Below are positions 20,101 to 29,424 of a DNA stretch of 64,000 nucleotides, piece by piece. The notes beneath the pieces were generated by a model. The model was not told the DNA's origin, did no database searches, and saw nothing but the letters and a program-made list of their open reading frames with translations. Source of the DNA: Spirochaetota bacterium (GTDB taxonomy: Bacteria > Spirochaetota > UBA4802 > UBA5550). Both the position numbers and the translations under genes were made by a program. Location of the stretch: positions 476,408-540,407 of the forward strand of contig JAXGNG010000003.1 of NCBI GenBank assembly GCA_040768125.1, read 5' to 3'. Every line of letters begins with the position of its first letter. Position 1 is the stretch's first letter.

Positions 20101-20966
20101 TGATCCTTGGAGACAAAAAAAATCCTTCAAATGATTCAGAGGTTGTTGTCAGCCAAGGAAACCTGAACATTGATCATTTTTCAGTAAAACAAAGCAATTT
20201 GTTCAAAAAGAGTGTTGAAAAAATAAATTATTATAATTTAAAATATCTCGATAAATATTCTCATTTGGAAAATAATACTCTTTTTGAACCACTGGAGAAT
20301 TTTGTTGAATGTACATATGGAGTTGAATTGGGTGGAAAATCGATAACACATCCTTTGTTTATCTTTAATGAAAGAGCAGGCGATGCTGACTATATTCCTA
20401 TAATTGATCTGAATCAATTCGAAAATTTTTGTGATGTTAAATATCGATTTTATTTAAAATATGACATTGATTTGCAAAATAAAATCAACAAAAAGTATTC
20501 GAAATTGAATGTAGCATTGAGGAATAGATCGATTTGGGGAAATCCTCGCATTATATTGCGACAAAGTTCGAAAAGTCTGTGCGCAACAATCGATTACAAC
20601 GAAAGTGTTACATTGTTGAACGCTTTCCATATTTACAAAAGAACACCTGACACAGTGGATTTATTGTATATATTGGGTTTGTTGACTTCTGATATTATCA
20701 ACGATTATTGTAGTTATTCAGGTATCAACAAAATAGAAAAAGGGAAATTTCCTCAAATTAGAATAGAGAGTCTAAAAAAAATTCCTATTAGAATTATTAG
20801 TCGAGGCACTCCCGAAGAAATTATCTATAAAATGATAATCGAAGATACTGCCAAGATATTAAATATAAAAAAAAATATTGTTCGATCTAGTAATGAATTA
20901 AAAGATGTTGAAGGATTGAAAAATGCTTTAAATTTTAATGTTGAAGAACTATATTCTCGAAAATAA
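17157..20966 (+). CDS. drmMI: DISARM N6-adenine methyltransferase DrmMI, copy 2 (TaqI_C/Eco57I-like TRD)
   Basis: Same N-terminal motifs as copy 1, plus FHWPLEYPEIF and ILCNPPF. AT-rich TRD with PRIILRQ...YILGLLTS...FPQIRIESLKKIPI. Confidence 0.88.
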   Translation: MKRLTLSRHTEWLSLIELTGPFLAVPVLEKAFPQGLDIIEIPKRQRLRAAYDEWCEAVENEDPLLPELHREWIRLVFTEILEYDGLTLKTNPEIIKTYSVTSPERSDAFVPDWLITSSSDSRPRLFISIQPPETDFYLVHKNDKWPASLIERMMALCRAHAVRLGVITDGELWMLVNAPVGGVSSNASWYARIWFQEPITLKAFKSLWSVRRLFGPSEETVEALLDSSMEYHEEITDTLGEQVRRAVEVLVQCLDKADADRNRDLLRDVLPAELYEAGLTVMMRLVFILCAEERGLLLSGDPVYDESYAVSTLRAQLAEDADCHGSEVLDRRHDAWARVLSVFRAVYGGIEHESLRMPPLGGSLFDPDRFPFLEGRLKGTNWHDSDAIPLPIDNRTVLLLLNSLQLLEQHGGALLLSYRSLDVEQIGHVYEGLLEYTVVRVPSVTIGLIGSKKAKNPNLALSELELARMDGEDALVALVKETTERSESAIRNALSCEVEDAIFGLLHAVCGGDTTLAERIRPFANLVRTDAWGDPIVYRDGAFMVTIGSDRRETGTHYTPKSLTESIVETTLEPVVYVGPSEGKPRDGWKLKTPAELLDLKICDPAMGSGAFLVQACRWLAERLVEAWVAEEAMGRFVNDDGEVLLLAGESDPLPTDTDYRLQTARRLIAERCLYGVDINPLAVELAKLSIWLVTLAKGRPFGFLDHNLRCGDSLLGIHRLDQLTLFKMNPDDSPCQLSIFGKKVAGTVIEAEEIRKRLRSIPIRDMRDIDTMAHLNAEIRKKLGSMELVADAMIGEVLRANGKMRAIESALDFLEVQVDAFLKGDVETRETIAKKACEALSIGLSEGMPPRKPFHWPLEYPEIFASNNGGFDVILCNPPFGAINYSKKSMSDQYTILIEYWNNFYLYHSKRLNFMMLFLERILFNLLNKTKQSCIGLILDFNFFEKIYELLRLNINDRYEFKHIVFNLKSFSNVNSGQLILILGDKKNPSNDSEVVVSQGNLNIDHFSVKQSNLFKKSVEKINYYNLKYLDKYSHLENNTLFEPLENFVECTYGVELGGKSITHPLFIFNERAGDADYIPIIDLNQFENFCDVKYRFYLKYDIDLQNKINKKYSKLNVALRNRSIWGNPRIILRQSSKSLCATIDYNESVTLLNAFHIYKRTPDTVDLLYILGLLTSDIINDYCSYSGINKIEKGKFPQIRIESLKKIPIRIISRGTPEEIIYKMIIEDTAKILNIKKNIVRSSNELKDVEGLKNALNFNVEELYSRK
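17181..19328 (+). repeat. Copy 2 of the drmMI direct repeat
   Basis: Counterpart of 10371-12518. Confidence 0.92.
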
Positions 20967-21034
20967 TCGAATCCGAAGAAATCAGAATGGACTTCTCGAT
21001 TCTATTGTGAATTTGATAATTTAAAATCAGGGTT

Positions 21035-24000
21035 ATGATGATGGTTGTTGATAATAGTAGCGTCAGAAACGCATGGGTGATTGATTTAAGAATGGATGCT
21101 AATTTGAATGGATTTCTGATCGAAATTCATGATGAATCGCAAGGTCTTGTCGGAATCCGAGATGGAGATGGTCTGATAATTGTAGATCAAATTGGTAATA
21201 ATCATAATATAATATACTTTGCTCGTGTATACCGCGTAAGGCGTACCCATGATGGAATCGTGCTCCTTCTTGATGGATTGATCCCTGTCACAAGTCCTCG
21301 ACCTATCGATGATTTCGGTATGCAACCATCGACCGTGACAGTTTCACGTCTGGAATGGCCAAGCTTCGTATCGGCACTGAAGCTGGCCTGTGGCATTGAC
21401 TTCTCTGCGTTTCCCGTTTTAGAAGGGAAAACTGCAGTGGAACAGAAATATATCAGGGACCTCCTGCAATGGGCGGTCGAAGATGACTTGCTTGGCCCCG
21501 CGGACGGTCCAGTCGAGGAAATCATAGGGATGAGTGTGCGGGATCGGTATCTAGTCGGCAAGCTAGCTCCACCAGATACACAATTGTCGGACGACCAAGT
21601 TGAGGATCTACCGGATGCAACCACCTCCGATTCCGAAACAAACGATCGTGAGGCAGATGCTTCGACGAGCAACTCGTTGGTGCCCTCGTCTATCGGTTTT
21701 ACCTTCTGCGTGGACGGATTGGCGGAATCCGTTGAGGTTCGTGCGAGTTGGGGAAGATACGAGCGAACGGAGAGTGAGCGTACGACCGACGAAGGGAAAC
21801 CGCTCCGTTGCTGGAAAAGAATACCGTCGGGAGGCATGGCGACCATATCGTTCGATCGAAGAATCGTTACCCCTATAGTCATGGACAGCGCTTGTCCCGA
21901 TGTGTCTGTCCAGGGAACTATCGGCGATTTGCTGCCGAACGGTTATCGACTAGTCACATTATTCCTGGTGAACGATCAGACCAAGCCAGATGAAAACCAG
22001 GATCAGGCGTGGATTTTCCAGCCCGAACTGATTGTCCGAGACCCCCATGGACAATCCATCTTCAGAAAGAGACCTTTTCAATCCGACATCGGTTGGGACG
22101 AGGAGCGAGAAGCGCTGGAGATGATATACCGGCGGAGGGTGGAATTCGCTGTCGGACATGGGGTTTCCGTCCATGCCACACCTTCGTCTGACGATCCTGA
22201 AATGGCGATAGAGGTGCGAACCCGAGTACTTCCGCGTTACGAGGTCGCTGTCACCGAGACGCCCGGGACCTCTCTAGAGGACAGACCAGTCATGAAGCAA
22301 CTTGTCTCGGATGGTTCTCTAGACATGCTACATCTCGCAGAAATGAATCGTGATGGTGTTGTCACCGTTCTTGATGCGTTGGCGAACGATTATGCCGCAT
22401 GGATCGAAGAACAGAGGGCTAGGATAGGAATCGACGTGCAGGGGTACGATTCTTCTGCGATGGCCGCCCTTGAAAGATGTGAATCCATTCTCGAAAGAAT
22501 TCGAGAAGGGATTGGGGTTCTGAAATCGGACGACGCGACCTTCGAAGCGTTTCGTTTCGCCAACCGTTCGATGTCGTCGCAACGTGTACACAGTGTCTAT
22601 TCACTCAAGGTGCGGCGAGGTGAAACCGTCGATCTTTCGAGCGTCGACGTTTCCGAAAACCGCTCGTGGAGACCGTTCCAGTTGGCCTTCATCCTGCTGT
22701 CCATTCCTGCCCTGGCGAATCCAACTCATCGCGATCGGACAGAACCGGTGGAAGGCTATGCCGATCTTCTTTGGTTCCCGACTGGAGGTGGGAAGACCGA
22801 AGCCTACCTCGGAGTGGCCGCTTTCACAATGGCGATCCGTAGATTGCAGGGGCGCCTCGGAGGGTTCGACGGAAGCCGTGGTTTAGCGGTGATTATGCGC
22901 TACACGCTGCGTTTGCTCACTATCCAGCAGTTCCAGAGGGCCACTGCCTTGATGTGTGCCATGGAGGTATTGAGGAGGGCAGATACTGCGAAGTGGGGTA
23001 CCACGCCCTTTACGATTGGACTCTGGGTGGGGCAGCGTGTGACACCAAACACCACCCAGGAAAGCCATGAAGCTATCGAGCGGGAAAGGGACGGGAAATA
23101 CGGAACTGGTTCAACACCTGCACAACTCGTCTTCTGCCCTTGGTGCGGTGCAGAGATCATACCCGGGCGAGACATCAGGGTAGTACGCGAAATCGGTCGG
23201 ACTTTCATCTACTGCGGAGACAAATATGGATCCTGCGAATTCGGGAAGGTAAAATCACCGGAACTCGGTCTACCGGTGCTTGTGGTGGATGACGAGATAT
23301 ACAGACATCCGCCTTCCATGCTGATAGCTACGGTCGATAAGTTCGCTATGATGGCCTGGCGTGGTCAGGTGCGAACGCTGTTCGGAAGGGTCGATACGGA
23401 ATGTCCTCGTCACGGTCTTCTGTGGCCCGGAGCAGATTGTGGCGGAACTCATCGGAAGAAAGGGTCTCTTCCCGCGACAACACCACGACAGGTGATGCCG
23501 ATCCGCCCTCCGGATTTGATCATCCAGGATGAGTTCCATCTCATCAGCGGTCCTTTGGGTACCATGGTCGGTCTTTATGAAACGGCAGTGGACGAGCTTT
23601 CCGGATGGAACCTGGACGGTAAGACCGTGAGGCCCAAAATAATCGCGTCGACCGCAACTGTTCGCAAGGCGGACGAACAAGTCAACAATGTCTTTCTTCG
23701 CCGCGTAGCTGTCTTTCCTCCGCATGGTATCGATGTGGAGGACAATTTCTTTTCAGTGCAGCGTTCGATCGATTTGAAACCAGGACGTCAATACATTGGC
23801 ATATGTTCGCCTGGCAGTTCTCGACCCGCCGTACTCATCCGGGTATACGTGGCGCTACTTACGGCCGCTCAATTCCTGTTCGAAAGATTCGGGCAGGCTG
23901 CCGATCCGTATATGACCTTGGTAGGCTATTTCAATTCGCTACGCGAACTGGGCGGAATGCGTAGGCTCGCCGAAGACGATGTCCAGACCCGCTCCTATCG

Positions 24001-24883
24001 CGTCCAGATGAGCGACGTATCGCGACCAGGATTGAGTCAACGTTCCATTCGAAACGTCGACGAACTCACCTCTCGGGTTTCGAATAAGGATATACCAAGA
24101 AAGCTCAATCAACTTGAAGTCAAATTCAAGGAGACCTGGGCCAAAGGCGAGACTCGAGCCATCGATATTGTCCTCGCCACGAACATGCTTTCCGTCGGTG
24201 TCGATGTGAGCCGACTCGGCCTAATGGTCGTCAACGGGCAGCCAAAGAACACGGCGGAATATATCCAGGCGACCAGTCGAGTTGGCCGTGTCTTTCCGGG
24301 ACTGGTCTGTTCAGTGTTGACTTGGTCCCGTCCTCGCGACCTCTCGCACTATGAAACCTTCGAACACTACCACGCGACTTTCTACAAACATGTGGAAGCT
24401 CAATCAGTTACGCCTTTTGCACCCCGGGCCTTGGACAGAGGCTTGATGGGTACGATTGTGAGCGTTGTGCGTCTAGTGAACGAACCTTTGAATCCTAACC
24501 TTGGAGCCCAGACACTGGACAACTCAGGGAGACCGGAGGCCTCGGCCGTGAGAAGAGTTGTTTCGGATCGTGCCTGGAAGGTGAAGGACAAGGCTGCCCG
24601 TTTGCATGCAGACACAATGGTCGCCGACCGCATCGATCGTTGGGTGAAGGAGGCAATAAAGGCAGGTCGTAGGCTCGGTTACGAGACCGAGTACGGTCAG
24701 GGAGACGTCGCAGCACTCTTGAAGAAACCAGGTGCGATGGCTTGGGACGAATTTACTGTGCCTTTTTCAATGAGGGAGGTCGAACCCGGTGTCCGGCTCG
24801 TCATGGACGTGGCCAGACTCACCGACCCTCCACCATGGCGTGCGAGGGAGAGAGGCACGGGAAGAGAGGGAGGTGAAGCATGA
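21035..24883 (+). CDS. drmA: DISARM helicase DrmA, with ~130 aa extra N-terminal domain
   Basis: DDLLGPADGP, WRPFQLAFIL, WFPTGGGKTEAYLG, YTLRLLTIQQFQR, IIQDEFHLI, ATNMLSVGVDV and YIQATSRVGR. Confidence 0.94.
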   Translation: MMMVVDNSSVRNAWVIDLRMDANLNGFLIEIHDESQGLVGIRDGDGLIIVDQIGNNHNIIYFARVYRVRRTHDGIVLLLDGLIPVTSPRPIDDFGMQPSTVTVSRLEWPSFVSALKLACGIDFSAFPVLEGKTAVEQKYIRDLLQWAVEDDLLGPADGPVEEIIGMSVRDRYLVGKLAPPDTQLSDDQVEDLPDATTSDSETNDREADASTSNSLVPSSIGFTFCVDGLAESVEVRASWGRYERTESERTTDEGKPLRCWKRIPSGGMATISFDRRIVTPIVMDSACPDVSVQGTIGDLLPNGYRLVTLFLVNDQTKPDENQDQAWIFQPELIVRDPHGQSIFRKRPFQSDIGWDEEREALEMIYRRRVEFAVGHGVSVHATPSSDDPEMAIEVRTRVLPRYEVAVTETPGTSLEDRPVMKQLVSDGSLDMLHLAEMNRDGVVTVLDALANDYAAWIEEQRARIGIDVQGYDSSAMAALERCESILERIREGIGVLKSDDATFEAFRFANRSMSSQRVHSVYSLKVRRGETVDLSSVDVSENRSWRPFQLAFILLSIPALANPTHRDRTEPVEGYADLLWFPTGGGKTEAYLGVAAFTMAIRRLQGRLGGFDGSRGLAVIMRYTLRLLTIQQFQRATALMCAMEVLRRADTAKWGTTPFTIGLWVGQRVTPNTTQESHEAIERERDGKYGTGSTPAQLVFCPWCGAEIIPGRDIRVVREIGRTFIYCGDKYGSCEFGKVKSPELGLPVLVVDDEIYRHPPSMLIATVDKFAMMAWRGQVRTLFGRVDTECPRHGLLWPGADCGGTHRKKGSLPATTPRQVMPIRPPDLIIQDEFHLISGPLGTMVGLYETAVDELSGWNLDGKTVRPKIIASTATVRKADEQVNNVFLRRVAVFPPHGIDVEDNFFSVQRSIDLKPGRQYIGICSPGSSRPAVLIRVYVALLTAAQFLFERFGQAADPYMTLVGYFNSLRELGGMRRLAEDDVQTRSYRVQMSDVSRPGLSQRSIRNVDELTSRVSNKDIPRKLNQLEVKFKETWAKGETRAIDIVLATNMLSVGVDVSRLGLMVVNGQPKNTAEYIQATSRVGRVFPGLVCSVLTWSRPRDLSHYETFEHYHATFYKHVEAQSVTPFAPRALDRGLMGTIVSVVRLVNEPLNPNLGAQTLDNSGRPEASAVRRVVSDRAWKVKDKAARLHADTMVADRIDRWVKEAIKAGRRLGYETEYGQGDVAALLKKPGAMAWDEFTVPFSMREVEPGVRLVMDVARLTDPPPWRARERGTGREGGEA

Positions 24884-26730
24884 GTACATATCTCGTGGGG
24901 CAAGTTCGTCCGAGTCAGTTGCTCTGGACATATGGTCCTGGTGCGCTGGTCGATCTTCCGAATGTGTCAGTCGTGACGATGGGTCTGGATCGGTGGGATG
25001 TCAACCAATGCCAGCCGGTGGATGAAGCCAGATTGCTTGCGGCAGTACGCCGGGTACTTGGTCCACAGGTTGAACGTCTACGCATCCCTCCTTTTCTACA
25101 TGATGAAGGTGCAAGTCCTATGTCATCGGAGGGCAAGATCGGCGTGCCGGTGAGACCTTTTCCACGATGGTTGCGGTGTGTGAAATGTGGTTTGCTGGCA
25201 GAATACGACTCCGGCTTGTTCGATATCAAACCATATCCATTCAGGCCGGAACAGACACATTTTATACATACCAACTGTGAAAAAGGAAGAAACGCAGATG
25301 CGGTCCCGGCCCGCTTTCTGTTGGCTTGCAGGAACGGACATCTCGACGATTTTCCTTGGCACTGGTTCGTTCATGGTGGACCATCGGAATGCCGAGGCAC
25401 GCTGCGTTTCTTCGAGCGTGGTGCATCGCTCCAGACGGAAAACCTCTGGGTAAAATGTGATGCGTGCGACTCTGCCCGATCGCTTGTTCACGCATTCGGT
25501 CGGGAAGCCCAGCAAAATCTTCCCGCCTGCCGAGGAAGACACCCGCATCTCGACACCTTCGATGCATCGTGTCAGGAATCTCCAAGAGCGGTCTTGCTAG
25601 GGGCCACGAACAGCTGGTTTCCTGTGTCTCTTTCGGTATTGGCTATACCTCTGGAACGCAATCAATTGAGCCAGCTTGTCCTCGACGGCTGGGAATACTT
25701 TACGGATGTGGCATCTGCAGATGAATTGAAAGTGGTGATCAAGACTCTGGTAAAGAGTGGAAGTCTTCCGGGCATCGAACGTTTCGATATCGGAGACATA
25801 TGGCGCTGTATACAGGAGCGGCAGGAAGGAAAGGGCGATGATACATATGTTACAGAGAATGACCTCAAGATTCCCGAATGGGAGGTTTTGATCGCACCAA
25901 CACCTCCTACTGACTGGCCGCAATTCATGAGCAAAACGGAGCCCCCACCCGTTGTGTACATGGGGAAAATCGCAGGCGTGTTGCTTTTGGAACGCTTGAG
26001 GGAAGTGAATGCATTGATAGGTTACACCCGCGTAGAGGCTCCTGAAGAGACCAACGATCCGAACGAGCGGCCTCCGATGGCGGCATTGTCGCGTACACGT
26101 CCTGATTGGATTCCTGCTTGTGAGGTACATGGCGAAGGAATCTTCATCCGATTCAACGAGGAGGCTGTTCGGAGTTGGGAAGATAGACCTTCGGTCAAAC
26201 GACGCAGTAAAATATTGGAAGCGGGACATAGAGGGTGGAGAAATGCTCGTGGGTTGGATCCCGAAGAGGGTTACCCCGGAATTCGATACACAATGATCCA
26301 CACGTTCGCTCATCTCCTGATCCGGGAGCTTGCATTGGAGTGCGGATACAACGCGGCCAGCATACGCGAACGCATCTATGCGAACTCGGATCCCGATTCA
26401 CCCATGGCAGGAGTCATCATCTACACGGCTGCTGCGGATTCCGATGGGACTCTCGGTGGGCTGGTTGAACTGGGGAAATCGGAGAAACTGGGCCGTCTTA
26501 TCGGACAGGCTCTCGATCGTGCGTCCATATGTTCTTCCGATCCACTTTGTTCGGAGCATAATCCCAGCGTCGATCGTTCCTTACACGTAGCTTCCTGCCA
26601 CGCATGTACGTTCGTAGCCGAGACTTCTTGCGAACGGGGTAATCGTTATCTGGACAGGGCATTGCTCGTGAATACGTTCGAATGCATTGATGCCGCTTTT
26701 TTGCAACGGCAAGGTGGCGCAAATGAATGA
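24880..26730 (+). CDS. drmB: DISARM DUF1998 protein DrmB
   Basis: VRPSQLLWTYGPGAL, ACRNGHLDDFPW, HTFAHLLI...CGY, DGTLGGLV, CSSDPLC and CHAC...ETSCE. Confidence 0.94.
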   Translation: MSTYLVGQVRPSQLLWTYGPGALVDLPNVSVVTMGLDRWDVNQCQPVDEARLLAAVRRVLGPQVERLRIPPFLHDEGASPMSSEGKIGVPVRPFPRWLRCVKCGLLAEYDSGLFDIKPYPFRPEQTHFIHTNCEKGRNADAVPARFLLACRNGHLDDFPWHWFVHGGPSECRGTLRFFERGASLQTENLWVKCDACDSARSLVHAFGREAQQNLPACRGRHPHLDTFDASCQESPRAVLLGATNSWFPVSLSVLAIPLERNQLSQLVLDGWEYFTDVASADELKVVIKTLVKSGSLPGIERFDIGDIWRCIQERQEGKGDDTYVTENDLKIPEWEVLIAPTPPTDWPQFMSKTEPPPVVYMGKIAGVLLLERLREVNALIGYTRVEAPEETNDPNERPPMAALSRTRPDWIPACEVHGEGIFIRFNEEAVRSWEDRPSVKRRSKILEAGHRGWRNARGLDPEEGYPGIRYTMIHTFAHLLIRELALECGYNAASIRERIYANSDPDSPMAGVIIYTAAADSDGTLGGLVELGKSEKLGRLIGQALDRASICSSDPLCSEHNPSVDRSLHVASCHACTFVAETSCERGNRYLDRALLVNTFECIDAAFLQRQGGANE

Positions 26731-27481
26731 ATTGTGGCAGATCATCGCGGAACTCGGCTTGGAACTGCACCCTGATCGTGTTGCGGCCATCGCTTCGAAA
26801 ATAGAGTCACTAGGATCGGTCGAACAATTCGCTATGGTCAAACCAGTCTTTGGTCCCAATGCAGACAAGTTAATGATCGACCGTTTGGATGCCGCGTGGC
26901 GTGAAGCCAAACAGGTGCAACCCGTCGAGCTGGCTGCGGCTCTGCGTGGAGCTTCGGCGACCGCGTCGCTACAAGAACAACGAGGTTCCGTGGAAATGGT
27001 GTGGACTGGTCCCTCGACGGGAATGGTTTCTGTCCGGCATACCGAACAGGTTCTTTGCGAAGTCATTGAATCAGCGCGCAATCAGCTGTTTGTCGTTAGC
27101 TTCGTTGCATACGAGGTGGCATCGATAATCAAGGCGCTACAGGATGCTGTAGGCCGTCAGGTCAAAGTGGATATCCTGATGGAACCTTCGACTGACAGAG
27201 GCGGGAAAGTCACTGTCGATTCCTTCACGACGATGAAAGCTGCAGTACCCTCCGCAAATCTTTATGTATGGCATCACAGAAACGGGAGCACAGGCTCGGT
27301 GCATGCAAAATGTGCGGTTTCGGACGGGAAGATAGCGTTTATCACCAGTGCGAATCTGAGTACGGCTGCTATGGAACGGAACATGGAATTGGGTGTCCTC
27401 GTGAGAGGTGGGCACCTGCCTGACGACCTCCATAGGCACCTTGAATCACTCGTAATGACTGAAACAGTGGAACGGATTTGA
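26723..27481 (+). CDS. drmC: DISARM phospholipase D-family nuclease DrmC
   Basis: VWTGP; single HKD motif HAKCAVSD; TSANLS...NMELG. Overlaps the drmB stop. Confidence 0.92.
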   Translation: MNELWQIIAELGLELHPDRVAAIASKIESLGSVEQFAMVKPVFGPNADKLMIDRLDAAWREAKQVQPVELAAALRGASATASLQEQRGSVEMVWTGPSTGMVSVRHTEQVLCEVIESARNQLFVVSFVAYEVASIIKALQDAVGRQVKVDILMEPSTDRGGKVTVDSFTTMKAAVPSANLYVWHHRNGSTGSVHAKCAVSDGKIAFITSANLSTAAMERNMELGVLVRGGHLPDDLHRHLESLVMTETVERI

Positions 27482-27931
27482 ATGGATACGGTAGACAAAA
27501 AAACAAGATCACGGATCATGGCAAGTGTTAAACAAAAAAATACTGGCCCTGAAATCCAGCTCCGTCGTATTCTTCATCGTCTTGGATTGCGTTACAAATT
27601 GAATGACTCGAAACTGCCCGGATCCCCCGATCTTGTTTTCCCACGATTCAATGCAGTTATATTTGTCCATGGATGTTTTTGGCATGCTCATAAAGGTTGT
27701 AAGTTTTCGACCAAGCCTTCATCAAGACGAGATTATTGGGAAAATAAATTCAAAGCGAATATAAAACGTGACAAGAAAAAATGTGATGAATTATTGAAAA
27801 GCGGTTGGAGAGTTCTTGTCGTTTGGGAATGTGCAATTAAAGGTAAGCGTAATAGAGATCTGGAAAAAATGGGGATAGGAGTGATGAAGTGGCTATATTC
27901 CAATTATAGATACAAAGAGAAGAGTGGTTGA
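27482..27931 (+). CDS. vsr: Very-short-patch repair endonuclease
   Basis: MDTVDKKTRSRIMASVK, LPGSPDL, FVHGCFWH and GWRVLVVWEC. Confidence 0.95.
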   Translation: MDTVDKKTRSRIMASVKQKNTGPEIQLRRILHRLGLRYKLNDSKLPGSPDLVFPRFNAVIFVHGCFWHAHKGCKFSTKPSSRRDYWENKFKANIKRDKKKCDELLKSGWRVLVVWECAIKGKRNRDLEKMGIGVMKWLYSNYRYKEKSG

Positions 27932-28045
27932 ATATGATATTGACTGTAAAGGACGAAGCATTTGCTGTCGGCGGTGAATGTTCCATGATTATAACTTGAT
28001 ATACTATAATTCGGTAATATAGAATCATAAATTGTAGTGACCTAT

Positions 28046-29395
28046 ATGAAAATTCAGCACTCTAGCGATATAGTACCATTCATAACAGCATTCGATCCTG
28101 CCAGTAAAATTGCGGGCAGTGTTGATCCCCTTGGCGCACTTCAGTCCTATGGCGCGTTAGCTGACTTGTTGCTGCCAGGGATTACAACTATAACAAATAG
28201 ATCACGATATCTGTCCATGATATGTGCGGCCTTGTTAAATTCGACTACACATCATAAGTCATTTCCTCATGGATCTATGGGGCTGGTATTACGCAGGAAA
28301 TCCATTAAGAAGTTCGAGAGATTATGGGCTCTTGCATGCGTGGCCGCAAGAGAAAAGGGGGCTAAAGACGCAGCTGACGGTATACGGGGTATTACATATG
28401 CCGAAAGTGCTTATCGAACCTTTATGGATAAAGATTATGCATCAACCAAGTATGATATGTTACAAAGCCAGGAGCGTGCTGGCGGAATAGGCACTTATTG
28501 GTCGGCCCTAATTGCTGCAGACCTCATCGATGAGAAAACAGGGATGCTTACTACTATAGGTTGGGATCTGGCGAATACCTTCCCCATGCCTGATATTGGG
28601 CCTGACAAATTGAAGAATCTTGCTGATCCGAATCCTTCAAAGCATGTAACCATTGATTTTGATGAATTAGGAAGTTGGGGTAAAGTATGTCATTTGACAA
28701 AAGCTAGGAAGAATGAGAGGACATGCTTGATAGCAGCACTTAGAGCTGATGATAGGCGAGCCAGTGTTGCCGATGCTTTTATCAAATTACGGAAACGACA
28801 AAAATTACCAGATTACTGGGACATCACCTGGCTAAATCGACTCAAAGATGCCCTAAAAGAAATCCCCGTGGGAAGAAAGCTTGGACTTCCGGCCGTGATT
28901 GATGGGATCGTCGTTGTTGAGAGATTTCATGAAGCAGCGCTTACTGTTTTCGAAACACTTCTTTGGTGGGCGACAATGAAACCGGGCGAGCCCATACACG
29001 ATCTCCATGAAGATAAGGCCTTTATACGTGATGTTGAAAGAACTATTACGACTGCTGATAAGCTTGCTGGTTACTATAAAAGGTGTGATAACAAAGAAGC
29101 GAAAGAATCAATGGTAACAATTGTTAATTTGGCATCGGATATTCTCAAGCGACCAAATGTTACTTATGTATTTGAAGAATTATTACATCGGCATAAGAAG
29201 GTTCAGGAAGGAAAAATATACGGAGGAGTTAGAAAACGTGAGTGGATTACATTTGATGGGAATGGGTTTCTGAGACCGGCTCCTCGATTTCAGGTAAATG
29301 AGCGCCCCGGAAAGGCTTATGGCCGTTATCTTACTCACCCCTATCGTCTAGAACAGTTCGTGCACATGTTGCGAGAAAATAACGTCATTGATTAA
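28046..29395 (+). CDS. Uncharacterised protein (DUF6361/ZacA-like), first gene of a three-gene module
   Basis: N-terminal DPLG...ADLLLPGITTITNRSRY motif, typical of the first gene of PLD+helicase triads. Confidence 0.55.
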   Translation: MKIQHSSDIVPFITAFDPASKIAGSVDPLGALQSYGALADLLLPGITTITNRSRYLSMICAALLNSTTHHKSFPHGSMGLVLRRKSIKKFERLWALACVAAREKGAKDAADGIRGITYAESAYRTFMDKDYASTKYDMLQSQERAGGIGTYWSALIAADLIDEKTGMLTTIGWDLANTFPMPDIGPDKLKNLADPNPSKHVTIDFDELGSWGKVCHLTKARKNERTCLIAALRADDRRASVADAFIKLRKRQKLPDYWDITWLNRLKDALKEIPVGRKLGLPAVIDGIVVVERFHEAALTVFETLLWWATMKPGEPIHDLHEDKAFIRDVERTITTADKLAGYYKRCDNKEAKESMVTIVNLASDILKRPNVTYVFEELLHRHKKVQEGKIYGGVRKREWITFDGNGFLRPAPRFQVNERPGKAYGRYLTHPYRLEQFVHMLRENNVID

Positions 29396-29424
29396 TATAA
29401 ATCAGGTTTAAGAATCAGCGGACA

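Noticed and set aside
20115-20875. Poly-A tracts (A8 at 20115, A9 at 20867) as phase-variation switches in drmMI-2
   Set aside because: They are short and expected in such AT-rich DNA, the frame is intact, and the longer one is near the stop.
6539-27481. Apparent abundance of TCGA/CGAT as a footprint of the C5 MTase target
   Set aside because: Explained by codon pairs such as ATC-GAN and CTC-GAN, also common in host genes, and not quantified.
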